Positions 13,957 to 26,500 of a stretch of 64,000 nucleotides of DNA are shown in pieces (the stretch's first letter is position 1; every line of letters starts with the position of its first letter). The notes beneath the pieces are model-generated. The model searched no databases. It saw nothing but the letters and a program-made list of their open reading frames with translations, and was not told the origin of the DNA. The position numbers were made by a program, and so were the translations under genes. The stretch comes from Octopus sinensis (lineage: Eukaryota), in the NCBI RefSeq assembly GCF_006345805.1, contig NC_043007.1, positions 72,540,001 through 72,604,000 of the forward strand, read 5' to 3'.

Positions 13957-14495
13957 CTGTAGTGCTATATATGAGTTCATAGAATCATCTGGCTATCACA
14001 GTAATTTCCTCTAGTGGACCTGGCTAGCAGACCACAAAATAATCCAATACAGAGGAGTATATTGCAGCTGAAATCCAAGAGATCCAATTGATGAAATTAT
14101 TTCAAAAAGAGTATATAAACCATAAAAATCAGCTGGTATAAAAGGTGAATGTACTTATTTAACCACTTGTTATCCTTAGGATTACAGCTGTTTCGCAGCC
14201 TTCACCATGTAATAATAATTTCAATGTATAAGAAGCATTAGTGTAACCATGATGTTCTGTTGATCTGTTGAGGTAGCTTTCTTTATCTGCACTGATTTCT
14301 AAATATAGAATTGCATTTTCAATGCAAAGCATGCATATTAATACAGACATGTAAAATAATTTATTATACACTGAAATTATTATCACATGTTGGAGGCGGT
14401 GAACCAGCCGTAATCTTAAGGTTAACATATTGTTAAATATATTCACCTCTCATACCTCCCAACTTTTTATGGTGTGTATGTGTGTGTGTATATAT

Positions 14496-14543
<48 letters not shown>

Positions 14544-17500
14544 CTAATAACATCCCATTCTACATTAATACACAATCTAACCACCCGCTAATATGACCAT
14601 CATCCTATGAAGCCATCTCTGAAGGGAGATAACCAAATACTACATGATATTTTGACCAATGTTGTCTCAATGCTGCCATCTATCTGTATTGTGTGTGTGT
14701 GTATCTACTGATACAGGAAAAATTCACTAAGTGTTCCTTCTCCATGAAGAATATTAAGTGCAGGCTACCATTTTTAAACTGGGTAAAGTGGAAATAATTT
14801 TAATGAAATATAAGCTATGTTTATGAATGGATTGGCTCCCGTGCTGGTGACATGTGAAAAGCACCATTCGAGCGTGATCATTGCCAGCGTCGCCTTACTG
14901 GCACATGAAAAACAACATTTGAGTGTGGTCGTTGCCAGTGCCACCGGACTGGCTCCTGTGCAGTTAACACATAAAAAAAACCTTTGAGCATGGGTGTTAG
15001 GAAGGGCATCCAGTTGTAGAAACTCTGCCAGATCAGATTGAGCCTGGTGCAGCCTCTGGCTCACCTGTCAGTCAAACTGTCCAACCCATACCAGCATGGG
15101 AAGCAGACGTTAAACGATGATGATGATGAAATCTCCACTTGTCCATTTCCCCCACCACCGCTTCAAAAAAATTAAAACTCCAGATGATAACAATAATTCT
15201 AGCAATTTCAATTAACCAGTGGTTAAACAGAGATATGCAGTGGTGTTGTGAGCCTGATATTTGATTACTATTGTGTCAAGTACAGATGTGTTCCTGTCTT
15301 ATTTGACCTCTTCATCCTCATCATTTAGCATCCAATTTCCATGCTGGCATCAATTGGAGAGTTTGACTGGAGCTGGCAAGTTGTAGAGGTACACCAAGCT
15401 CCAGTTGTCTGTTTTGGCATGGTTTCTATGGCTGGATGCCCTTCCTAATGCCAACCACATTACAAAGCGTACTGGGTGCTTTTTATGTGGTGTCAGCACC
15501 TGTACTTTATACATGATACCAGCACAGGTGCTTCATATGTGGTCCCAACACCAGTGCTTTATACATGGTACCAGCACAGGTGCTTTGTACATGGAACAAG
15601 CACAAGTGCTTTTTATGTAGAACCAACATGGCTGCTTTTTACGTGGTACCAGCTCAGGTGCTTTCTGTATGGCACCAGCATAGGTGTTTTTTTACTTGGC
15701 ACAAGCTTAGAACAACCAAGATATAGTTTATGTGCATGTGAAAATAATTCCCTTATTAGGTAAATTAAATTGATGACATTTAAAAAATTCCCCAAAGTAC
15801 TTTTGCTTAAAGAACATATATTTAAGTGCAGGCTACCATACTTTAAATGCATGTGTAAGTTCCCCATTCCTATGCATATATACACACACATACACAATGC
15901 CCTACATATATGCAAATGATAAAATATACAAGCATGTTTTAGAGTATCTATGGATTTTTATGTATTTTTTAATGCAGTATTATGTTGCTTTTAAATTATT
16001 TTTAAGATATTTCATCTAAGAAAATATTGTAATAAAACTGATATATATCATATTAAATAGGTATTGATATACTAAATTACATTTATATCTAATATATTTG
16101 ATTAAATATATTGCTATAAAAAGTATAATCAAATTTTGCTTTTGGCATTCAGTATGATTTTGCATTCTTCCCCGACTGATAGAGTGAGTTCTACTATGTA
16201 ACATGTTGATTCACCTTATTATGCAACCCCTGCTCTTACAAATTGATTCTACTGCTTCGTAAAATGAAATCATTATTATAAGGAAGTCCTTTCAGTTTTA
16301 CTATATTATTGACCCTAAAAATATATTTGTTGTTAGTTTATTAAGAGATTAAATGTTCCTCTGTCTGACTCTCCATCTGTTTCCGAATGATCTTTAAACA
16401 GCTGATATTTTGGTTTAAAAAAATTTGGTCTTAGTATTTAAGACATTTATCATGAAGTGTGATCAACCTAACTTTATATTTGTACATTAATGAAATCTCC
16501 TTCTTTCAGGCGAGATAAATTATGGATTGCTATGGAATACTGTGGTGGAGGGTCTATGCAGGATATTTATCACAGTAAGTATTTTCTGTGTTTTTCTTGA
16601 TTTTATTTAAACTGGCCAATTCTGGCCTCTCACATCTACCCTACAGTGTCATTTTAAAAATAAGCAGTCACGTCATCAAAATCTCAAAGCTATGAGGCAG
16701 TGCATGATATATTCAAAATAACATGGATAATGTTAACACATGTACTATTCAACAATTTAATGAAGAATAAATGTTGTTACTAGGTTTGTTCTCTCTTTCT
16801 CGCTGTTTTATCCACTGAAAAAAATCTTTTACTCATAGTTTCCTTTTCTTCATTCTTTATACTCCACTTCAGGCAGCTTTTTTCCAACACTGCAAACTAG
16901 TGTTGAAATATTATAGTATTTTGTGTATATAACTGACTTATTGTAAATGCTTTTTAACAACTAAATCTTATATGGACTCCCAAGAATCATGTGGACCCCA
17001 GTTGAGAACCACTGCTTTAATGTATCATCCTTCTATTTTAAGATTGAAGCAAGTGATTCAAGATAGGTTTCACTGCTATTTCTAGCCACATGATTGATCA
17101 TGTGGATGTTCCTTTGCTGCCTCCCTCTCTCCCCCCTCTCTCATAGTGTCTGATATGCCTTTAATATCTGTTTGGATTCTAGGGTCTGTATTACGTGTAT
17201 ATTTTGTTACAGTTAGTTGGAAGCAAAAACAGAGTAGGGTTCATGTCTGAACTCTGAGGTTTGGGGAGTTCTTAGAATATGGATACTTCATCAAGGCCTG
17301 TTTCAATGGAACAGACTGACCAAGAAAACTCTGAGAGAAAAAAAATGAATAGATTCCAAAGTTGGGAAACTACATTCAAAGCTTCAAATTGAGGTTTAAC
17401 CATTTACCTTATCAACTGTTCTCTCAGTTCTTAAATAATAAGTAACACCAAAAATTATTTCATCTCCACTTCAAAAACACTGAAGATCAGCACCAAAACT

Positions 17501-20500
17501 TAAATAAGACAACTGTTCATAAACAAGACTGTTTGGAAGAGGTACTGTTGTGTCTTGGCAATCCATGACAACAGTAGAAGCTGCCTTACAAATGACAATT
17601 TAGTCACAAAAATACTCTCAGCATTTTATTAAGTTTTGTTTTCTAATGTTCTAGATTTTTTTTTTCAGAATTGGTGTACTCAACAAACTTTGCAATTTAT
17701 CAAATCAAAATGCAATTGTTATAATATCACTCAAAAAATTTATTCGTGGGAAAAGCTTCTTTTTCTTTGTCTCTTTTTTTTTCCCTTCAAATTTTATTCA
17801 GTCCACGTCTGTACTGTTCTCACAGTTCAAATTTCTGGGTTGTCTCCCTTCAACTGTATTTTTGAAAAGTAATAAACTTCCCTTTCCCCGGAGAGATGGG
17901 TTTCAGGTTTCTTCTACCTGAGCTGACCTATTTTATGACTAGGTTGTTTTACTTACAATATCGGTTGTGAAGTGTTAAGTGCACCTTAGTATTTTGGCAA
18001 TTGATACGGTATTTTGCTTTTGCTTATACCTATCAATGTGCTCCATATATCTTATATATTCGCATGAAAACACACAATGTTCTTTATTTTGTTGTTATAT
18101 GGGTTACATATGAAATCATTGTATGAGTCATTTATAGTTTAGTCAGGAGCAGGTTGTTCTGCCCATGGCCTTTGCAGGTTCTCTTAGACTAGTTTAATTG
18201 ACACAGTTTTAGCTTGAAAATCTATAAGTTATATCTGTAGGAAATATAGAAATAGGGAGCAAGTTCCAGAGTGTTGGCATTAGGGAGTGAAGGAAATGAT
18301 TAGTTCTTTGGCCTAAGTGATGAGACACAGTGGGGGTGATGAGAGATGGGTGTGTTGTGTCTATGTGAATGCTGAAGTATGCATCTAGCTTGTTCACAGA
18401 GCAGAAAGATGAGATAGCTTGCTTGGAGACTGTAGGTTGTACTTTTGAAGAGAGAAAATATCTTTAACACTTCAGGATGCAGTCTAAGCATGTGTGTGTG
18501 TAACTGCATTCCCATCTCAGAGATACACACAATCCTCTATTGTTGATCTGACATTAAATTTGCAGAGGATTAACAGATAATAAGAGATGAGGTATTTTCT
18601 GCTGTGCAGTGGTTGTATTTTTGTTTTGTTGGATGAGAGTAAATTTTTATGATCACTCCCAGCCTGATCAAGCTTGCCTCACATCTTTCTTAGTCTCACA
18701 CTCACTCTGCATTCAGTGCACTTGTTTAACTACCATACAAAATCACACTTAGTCCACAAGCATTGTAGAATGTGTACTTTACTCTTGAGTACCTCAGGCA
18801 AGTGTCTACTATTATAGCCTTAACCCTTTGATACCCGTTGTCCTCAGCACCCTCACCCCAGATTTCCTAACTAAAAGAACTAAAGAAATGATTTCCTACC
18901 TAATGTTTCAGTGTCACTAAAATGTGTTTTCTGTCTCAGTGCCAAATAGAGAGCAACATTGTCCTTACCACTTTTTTTTTGCATTTGTTTTATTGCCAAT
19001 ACTGGCATTTGTGGTGCCTGTCAAACCATCAGTTACTGGTTTTCCAATGCAGAGGTACTCCTCACAATATTTGCATCGGTAAACAGTCTTACAGTGTTTG
19101 GGTAAGTCTTTGTCCTAAGCCTGGGGGTTCATCTGTTTTGCCTGCAGGTATTTTCCCTGCCCACCCTGCAATGATTGTTACTGGATGCTGTTTCCACCCT
19201 TCCCACATCATGGTGTGCATCACGTAACAACCTCTTTTCATCATACTCATCTGAGCGTCATCTGCCAAAGTCAGTGTTCTTTCTTACATTGTCAACAAGT
19301 TTATCTAAAAACAAGTGAAATGTGTACACTCTCTTTCCAGTGGGGTGATGCTGTTTGAAGAAACCCATCAACATGTATGCTTTGTAGGCAGCCCACATAA
19401 AAATCATTACCATCAGGCATCTAGGCCACTTGTAATGACGGCGATACTTTTGAAGTTGAGTCACTTGGTCGTTTATGGTTTGTTCCATCGATGTGAGCAT
19501 TACATTCTTTCACTACCTTAGGACAAGAGACAGGGAGGGACCCTTCTGTGTTCAGTTGCATCATGTCGCTGTATATGTTCTTGGGAGGATGATATAAAGA
19601 GTGATGTAATGAAATAGATCAGTCTTTTGTCTTTCCAAACAAAGACAGCCACAAATTCTGAATCCCCCCCTTTCCCTCTTATTATTTCTTTTTATGAGGG
19701 TCCTTGGGAATTCTCTTTGAATATCTTTCAACTAACACATTCGAATATCTTTATTGACAAGAAGAAGATATTCCACGAGTTGTGCAGACAGGTCAAATCT
19801 GTTAGTATAGAGAGCATAGTTTTGTCCAGCATATTCATTTGTCATCCTCGCAACTAAGTTTCCTGCGACACCGAGGTTGTCAATTTCATTTGCATCATCT
19901 CTTCTTCTGGTACACATTTCTGCATTGCAGATATATCCGTTTTCAGAATCTGATAATAAAAAAGATTTTATCCTCCAGTGTATTGGCTTATCTTTTATAT
20001 ACTGCTTGAATGAAAGCTTGTTCTTTGTTGAAATCATTCCCTCATCACAGCCAGGCACATAGTGTTGTTTGAATTTATCAAGCAAGTGATTGAATATAGG
20101 ATGAATCTTGCACAGGTTACCATTCCTATGATCCTCGTTCACAAAGTGCAATAAAAACCAAATAGCACGAAATATGTTATGGCTCATGTCCTCTGAAAAA
20201 CCTGGGTTCAGTAAGGCATCCTTTGACTGCCAGTACTGTTCATAGCGATCCTTGTGCACCAGCATTTCCATGGTCACCTGGAGACCAAAAAAAGCTTTGA
20301 ATTCTTCCAGTGTAAGTTTTTTCTCATGCAAAATTTTTGCTGAGAAATGATTCAACTTCGCCTGAAATACACGTTCAGCATAATTCTTAGTTTCCTCAAG
20401 TAAAATACTCCATAAGTCATCATTCCAGAATAAACTAAAATAATCAATTGGAGTGCTGTCTACATTTGTATTGTCAGTTATATTCCTGAGTCCTGGTGGA

Positions 20501-23500
20501 TTATTTGGCGTAAATTGGCACTCTCTCCACCATCCTGGAAGAGTATTGGTTCTTACACTGGGTGGAACATTGGGCCTACCACCTCGCTGGCTGCCATGTG
20601 GTGCACACCCACCATTCCCAAAACCAACACGTCCCCTATTCTGACAATCGACAGGCACTGTACCATTCACATTTGCCAGTGGCTGTACATTTTGTACAGC
20701 AGCATAATCGTCGAGATCATCGCTATCACTTTCTGGGTCTAAATCGTTGTCGGATTCACTCTCATAATCATCATTGTCGATGTCCTCTTCATCAGACAAC
20801 ACTTGGTTCAAGACATCACTCACAGACAGATTTTTTCAACTCATTTTCACAAAAAACAAATGGGAACAGTTTCAGTCATTGGGAAGTACTTCCTGTGCTA
20901 GTGCACGTGCAGGCCAATGATCAGATGCAACATTACTAATTGACTGAAGAGTTGTTAAGCAATATGCTTGTAAGCAGTACAACCTGGCAGCTGGTAAAGC
21001 AGCTGCTGGGGCATTTGTATCTGCAGCTGGTGGCTGGAATAACGGCCACTGGTGTTCTGAGGGTTAAGTGAACCAAAGCTGTGTGAGTATGTGGTAGACA
21101 AAAAGCTAAAGGTGTACATGTGTGTGTGTGTCCATCCTTGTTTTGACATTGTATATTAGTTGTAAATCAGTATCACTGTCATACAAGCAGTGTCATTCAT
21201 ATTCCAATATATTCTGTAAAACGTCTGGCCATGGGGTAATATTATCTTGCCTGGAAAATGTGAGGTTGGGAACGAGAAGGGCATCCAGCTGTAGAAAATT
21301 TGCCTCAATAAAGGCCATCTGACCCATGAAGCACAGAAAAGCAATCTTGAAATGACAGTTATGATGATGATTTTTTTTTTTCTGTCTGTATTATATTACT
21401 ATAGAAGTAGCAGCAGCAATAATAATGATGATATCTTTATTGACTACAAGGGACCAAAACATTGCAGACATTGCAAGGACAAAACAAAAATAATAATAAT
21501 AATAATAATAATAATAAGTGGCATGGAATAAAAAGGTAAAAAACAATGATCAAAATTTTGACAAGAAATAATCTGGTAGGGCAGGTGTGTTCAGAGAAAA
21601 ATCCCCCACACAAAATCCTGAATTACCTCATGTTCCCCGCTTTCCTCTCAGAAACACCTTCTCTCAGTTTTTTTTATTTGATAAAAATGAGGTCTTTTTA
21701 TTTAAATCTCTTGTTAAAACATATTTAAAGTTTAAGGTGTATCTATTGTGTTTAAAGCATCATTGTATTTTTATTGTGTGTCCAAATGAGATGCAAGCGT
21801 TCAGCAGATATGTCGTATTAATAAACATTTAGTAAAGTTTACAAATGTAGACAATTTTGTGTGCTGTGAGTAGATAGGAATGTTGACATTTCAAGCAAAG
21901 CCCGTGTTCAGAGAGAAATATTTTAATTATCATCTCATGGAGCACTGTGTAAATAAATTTGCTTTAAAAACCTAACAATTTGGGGAAACTATTTTGTCGA
22001 ATTTTTCTTCACAAAATAGCTTTTTCTTTTTCCCCAACATTTTTTGTTGTTCTAATGTTATTCAGTATCAAGAGTTGTTTTATAGAATCTCTTTATTATC
22101 AAATACCATCATAGACAATATCATTACTCTTGACATATCCATTACAAAGAACAAGATACTATTACTAATATCAATGTCAGTCACTTTTAGTAGTATAGAA
22201 GATATAATTTACATTGCTTTTGTATTTTTTTATATAAGTTGTGGTTGCAATACTATTTGGTTTTCGTTTTTTTTTTTTTTTTACTTTTTTTTTATACAAT
22301 TCATTAAAAAATATCATTGGTAAAGATAGGAAACTAATAAAAAAGAAACTTAGCAAAATTATAGGCATTCGGATTTTTTTCTTTTTTAAAGAAAGTAGAA
22401 ATTATCCAGATACAAGGAATGAATTCTGTTATAACACGAACATTTGACAAATGTTTTATAATCATGCAGACACACTTCCAGGGGTCAGTGAATCTATACA
22501 TAAAATAGTCCAGAGCGGAATCAGCGAGTGGCATCACGTTAGAAGAATAACTAATGTGAAGAATATCCCTGGTATGGTTGGCAGAACAAGGATTATCTGT
22601 TGCAAGGGATTTAGTAATGGGCTGGTTTGAAATTCTGAGAATTTTATTGAAGGAGGCTGGAAAGTACTACAGCTAAAATCTGACTATAACAACTAAGTTA
22701 AAGACACTAACCTGAATGTGTCTCCGTGTGTAGTAGTAGTGGTAGTAGTTCTTTCTACTATAGGCAGAAAGCCTGAAACTTTGAAGTAGGGGGCTAGTCG
22801 ATTACATTGATCCCAGCGTTCCTCTGGTACTTAATTTATCAACCCTGAAAAGATGAAAGGGAAAGCTGACCTCGGCAGAATTTGAACTCAGAACATAAAG
22901 ACAGACAAAATACCGCTGAGCATTTTGCCCAGTGTGCTAATGATTCTGCCAGCTTTCCCCTGAAAGGACGAAAGTCAAAATTAGCCTCAGTGGATTTTGA
23001 ACTCAGAATGTAGACAGACAAAATGTTTCACAGTATTTTGTCCATTTTGCTAACAATTCTACCAGTTCACCACCTTGATGATGATGATGGTGGTGGTAGT
23101 GGCGGTGGCAATGGTGGTGGTTTCTACTAAAGGTACAAGGCCTGAAATTTTGGGGGAGGGGACTAGTCAATTATTTTATGATGTCAGACAAAAATTCTCA
23201 TGGACACACAATTTGAACTCTTGAATTAGTTAGAAAGAAAATACTTTTTGCTTTATCATTGCATTCTTTGTTGTTTTGTTTTTTTAACTAGGATTAATTT
23301 CACAACATTGTTAGGTTTTTTTTTATATATTTGTTTTTTCTTTTTATGAAAGGAGTGAAATCGAGCTTCTGTAATTAATCTGTGTGTTAGATTAGGAAAC
23401 TGAAAATGTTGTTTAATTTCTGATTATTTTGAATGGAAAAATGTAACTTATCAGTTGTTGGTCAACTACAGGTAGTCATTCTACTTGTTAAGTGTAAGTT

Positions 23501-26500
23501 CATCATCATCATATAACAGTCAATTTCCAAGCTGGCATGGGTCGGATGGTTTGACAGCTGGCAAGCTGGAGAGCCACACAAGTCTTCAATTGTCTGTTTT
23601 GGCATGGTTTCTATGATTGGATACCTTCCTAATGTCAACTACTTTACAGACTGCACTGGGGGCTTTTTATGTGGCACCAGCACATGTGTGTTATACATGG
23701 TACCAACTTGGGTGCTTTTTACATGGCACTAGAACAGATGCTTTTTATGTGGTACCAGCACTAGCTGAGTTGCCAAGTAACTTGCAAGATAAAGACCTCT
23801 TAGTTGAGAGAGGGAGTGGAACTGGGACTGAGTTAAAATGTGTTTCAAAATCTGTTTGAACTGATCTAAAGTTTGTTTTTCATATAATTGTTTTGCTTTT
23901 AGCAAAATAGATGTGGGTGTTGAACTGTTATTTTTGAAAAAATGTTGTCATGAACCATTTATTACTTTGATTGCTCATATCAATTATTTAGTTCTTGTTA
24001 CATCCTTGGAATTTACATTTTTAAATACTAATTTCTTTCTTCAATTCTTTAGTTACAGGTCCTCTTAACGAAACACAAATTGCTTTTGTGTGCAAAGAGA
24101 CACTGCAAGGCCTAGAATACTTACATAGCCGAGGGAAAATGCACAGAGATATTAAGGTAAACTTCAATGGATTTGTGCCATTTTTTTAAACCTATTGATG
24201 CTGTTGTAATCTTTTTATTGCAGTTTTTCATTTATGCCTTTGCAAGAAATATGTGTCCTCACTCAGTTTTATTGCAAAAAAATGTACTTTACATATGAGT
24301 TGTCTTAACAACGAGGTTCATACTTTTGAGAAGGCTTACTAGCTGTAAAATGATTACTTCAATATAAATAATCTATATGTAAAACAAGTGATTGTTAAAA
24401 ATTCTCTGGGAGAAATTTATCATGCTAAAATGTGTCTTTTGATGATATAAAACACTGTCTCCGCTTTGTCAAGCTAGAAAAAAATGCTTCAGAGAAGGCA
24501 CTTTGGGTAGAGCTGCTGCTTTTCTGAATTCAGAGATTACAGCTTCAATACTATAGACATGTGGTAAGAAAAGAATCACTAGACAGGTTTTATGGACAAA
24601 ACCAACCGGCAGGAGACCCAGGGGCAGACTACAAGCAAGATGGTCAGATAACATCCACGAACTTGGTTGGTTTCGCTTGGGGACCCAGCTGGGTGAATTG
24701 GAGATGGTTGCTTCTGACAGGACTCAATGGAAAGTATGCTTAAGGACTCTGCCACCAATATGAAAACTTCAGTCTCTGCTCTCAGTCCTGAACTTCTCAG
24801 TCACTGATGGCTTGTTGCTTGGTCTACATCAGCATTTTGACTTTGAAGTATATACTGTCCTTGCAGAGTCTTTTGGTTTCACCATTCCACAATTTGTTTC
24901 TACCAGTTCTTTGTTTTTTTTTGCTTTCTGCTTGATCTGTTTTGTTTGTTTGGTGGTAGTGGTTTCAGGTTCTTCATCTAATTCAGGGTTAATGCCAAAT
25001 TTCCTTGTGAATTTGCAAGCTTCCTTGTCAATAGAATGTGATTTTCTGCTGCTTTCATGTTTGCACACAAGCCACAGCATCCAGTCCTACTATTATTATT
25101 ATTAGTAGTAGTAGTAATAGTAGGAGGAGGAGGAAAGTGGTAACAACTTAGCTCATGTGGTAGGCAACAGACCAAATACCTTAATGCATTCAGTTTTATG
25201 TATCTCTAGTCTGAATTCAAATTTCATATTCCGTTGTGTTTCACTTTCATTCCACAGGTTGACATTGATTAAAATATATTGTCATTTTGATAATGAGAAT
25301 GAACTTTGAAAATCTTTTGCTTTTGTAGGGTGCTAATATCTTGCTTACAGAAGATGGAGATATCAAATTAGGTAAGCATAAAGGAAATTTTATTCACTGG
25401 GTTTAGATTTCTTCAATGTCATTTACCATCATTATTCCATATTTATGTCTTGGTGCCCCTTTTTTTGACTTGGGAATGCTCTAGAATGATCTATTCATTT
25501 GTGAGTGATTGTACATCTAAAGCACTTTTGGTATCTTGAAACAAATAGAGAGTTAAGAAACTGATAGGGTTTACAGAAGCTAACTCTTCAGAGACTTCTT
25601 GCTTTGATAATTTGACATTTAGTTAATATTGACTGGCCATTCCAAAAGAGTAGTGGTACAGAGAGTTTACCCAACTACATTGGTCCTGGATGAGAAATTT
25701 TGGAATGACATTTCAATTTTCTTAGAGTTTTCTTGGTAAAGTTTTCTTACCAGAACAAAATTATAGAATTCTGCTTCTTCTCTAATCCTAGTTGTCATCT
25801 TTAATTATTGAGCACCGCTGGTTTAACACTCTAACAGTCACATTACTCTATCAGCTATAATACTTATTTTGTCACATTATTTTGAATTAATCATGCATTA
25901 TTCCGTAGTTTTGGGATTTTTATGATGTGATTGTTTATTTTTAGAATGACATTGTAGTATAGGTATGAGAGGCCAGACCTGGCTAGTTTGAACATAAATG
26001 AGGTAGAATTTTTGGGCCTCATATGGCCAGTTTAAATGCTAAGGAGTAATTATTGAGCACTACTGATTTAAACCAATTTGAACATAAAGCAGGTAGAATA
26101 TTTGGGCCAGATATTGCAGGTTTAAATGCTAAAGGGTTAATATCATTCAATGAACAAAAACAGACACATGGAAAAACAATTTAATCAATAATGTTTCCAG
26201 CATCAATATCAAAATTATAGAAATTTATCCCACAACACATGATTGAGACAACCTTGAATTCATAATATAAAGATATTAAAATTAATGAAATGAGTGTATC
26301 TATAAGGTGCCAATCGTAATTTTAGAGCCATTGATTTTATATTTTGAGTTTCAATTCAGCTCAAATCAATAGAATAAATTTCTTACCAAAGTTGATGTAA
26401 AGCACAAATCCTTTCAAAGCTGTCACTAGAAAAAGATAGGAGTTCTTGCTGGAGAGGGGGGGGGGCTTTGTTGTATTCCTCTTAGCATTATGTAAATTGA

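Noticed and set aside
19732-20823. 363-aa ORF as a domesticated PGBD gene or CSB-PGBD3-like fusion exon
   Set aside because: It is antisense to the host gene, has a stop at codon 3 after the real ATG, has damaged catalytic motifs and a frameshifted 3' part, and retains its TIRs and TSDs
24095-24270. Possible editing-complementary sequence for exon 5 (gcctttgca...gtgtcctc)
   Set aside because: Only two short 7-8 bp helices separated by a large bulge, which is expected by chance in AT-rich DNA
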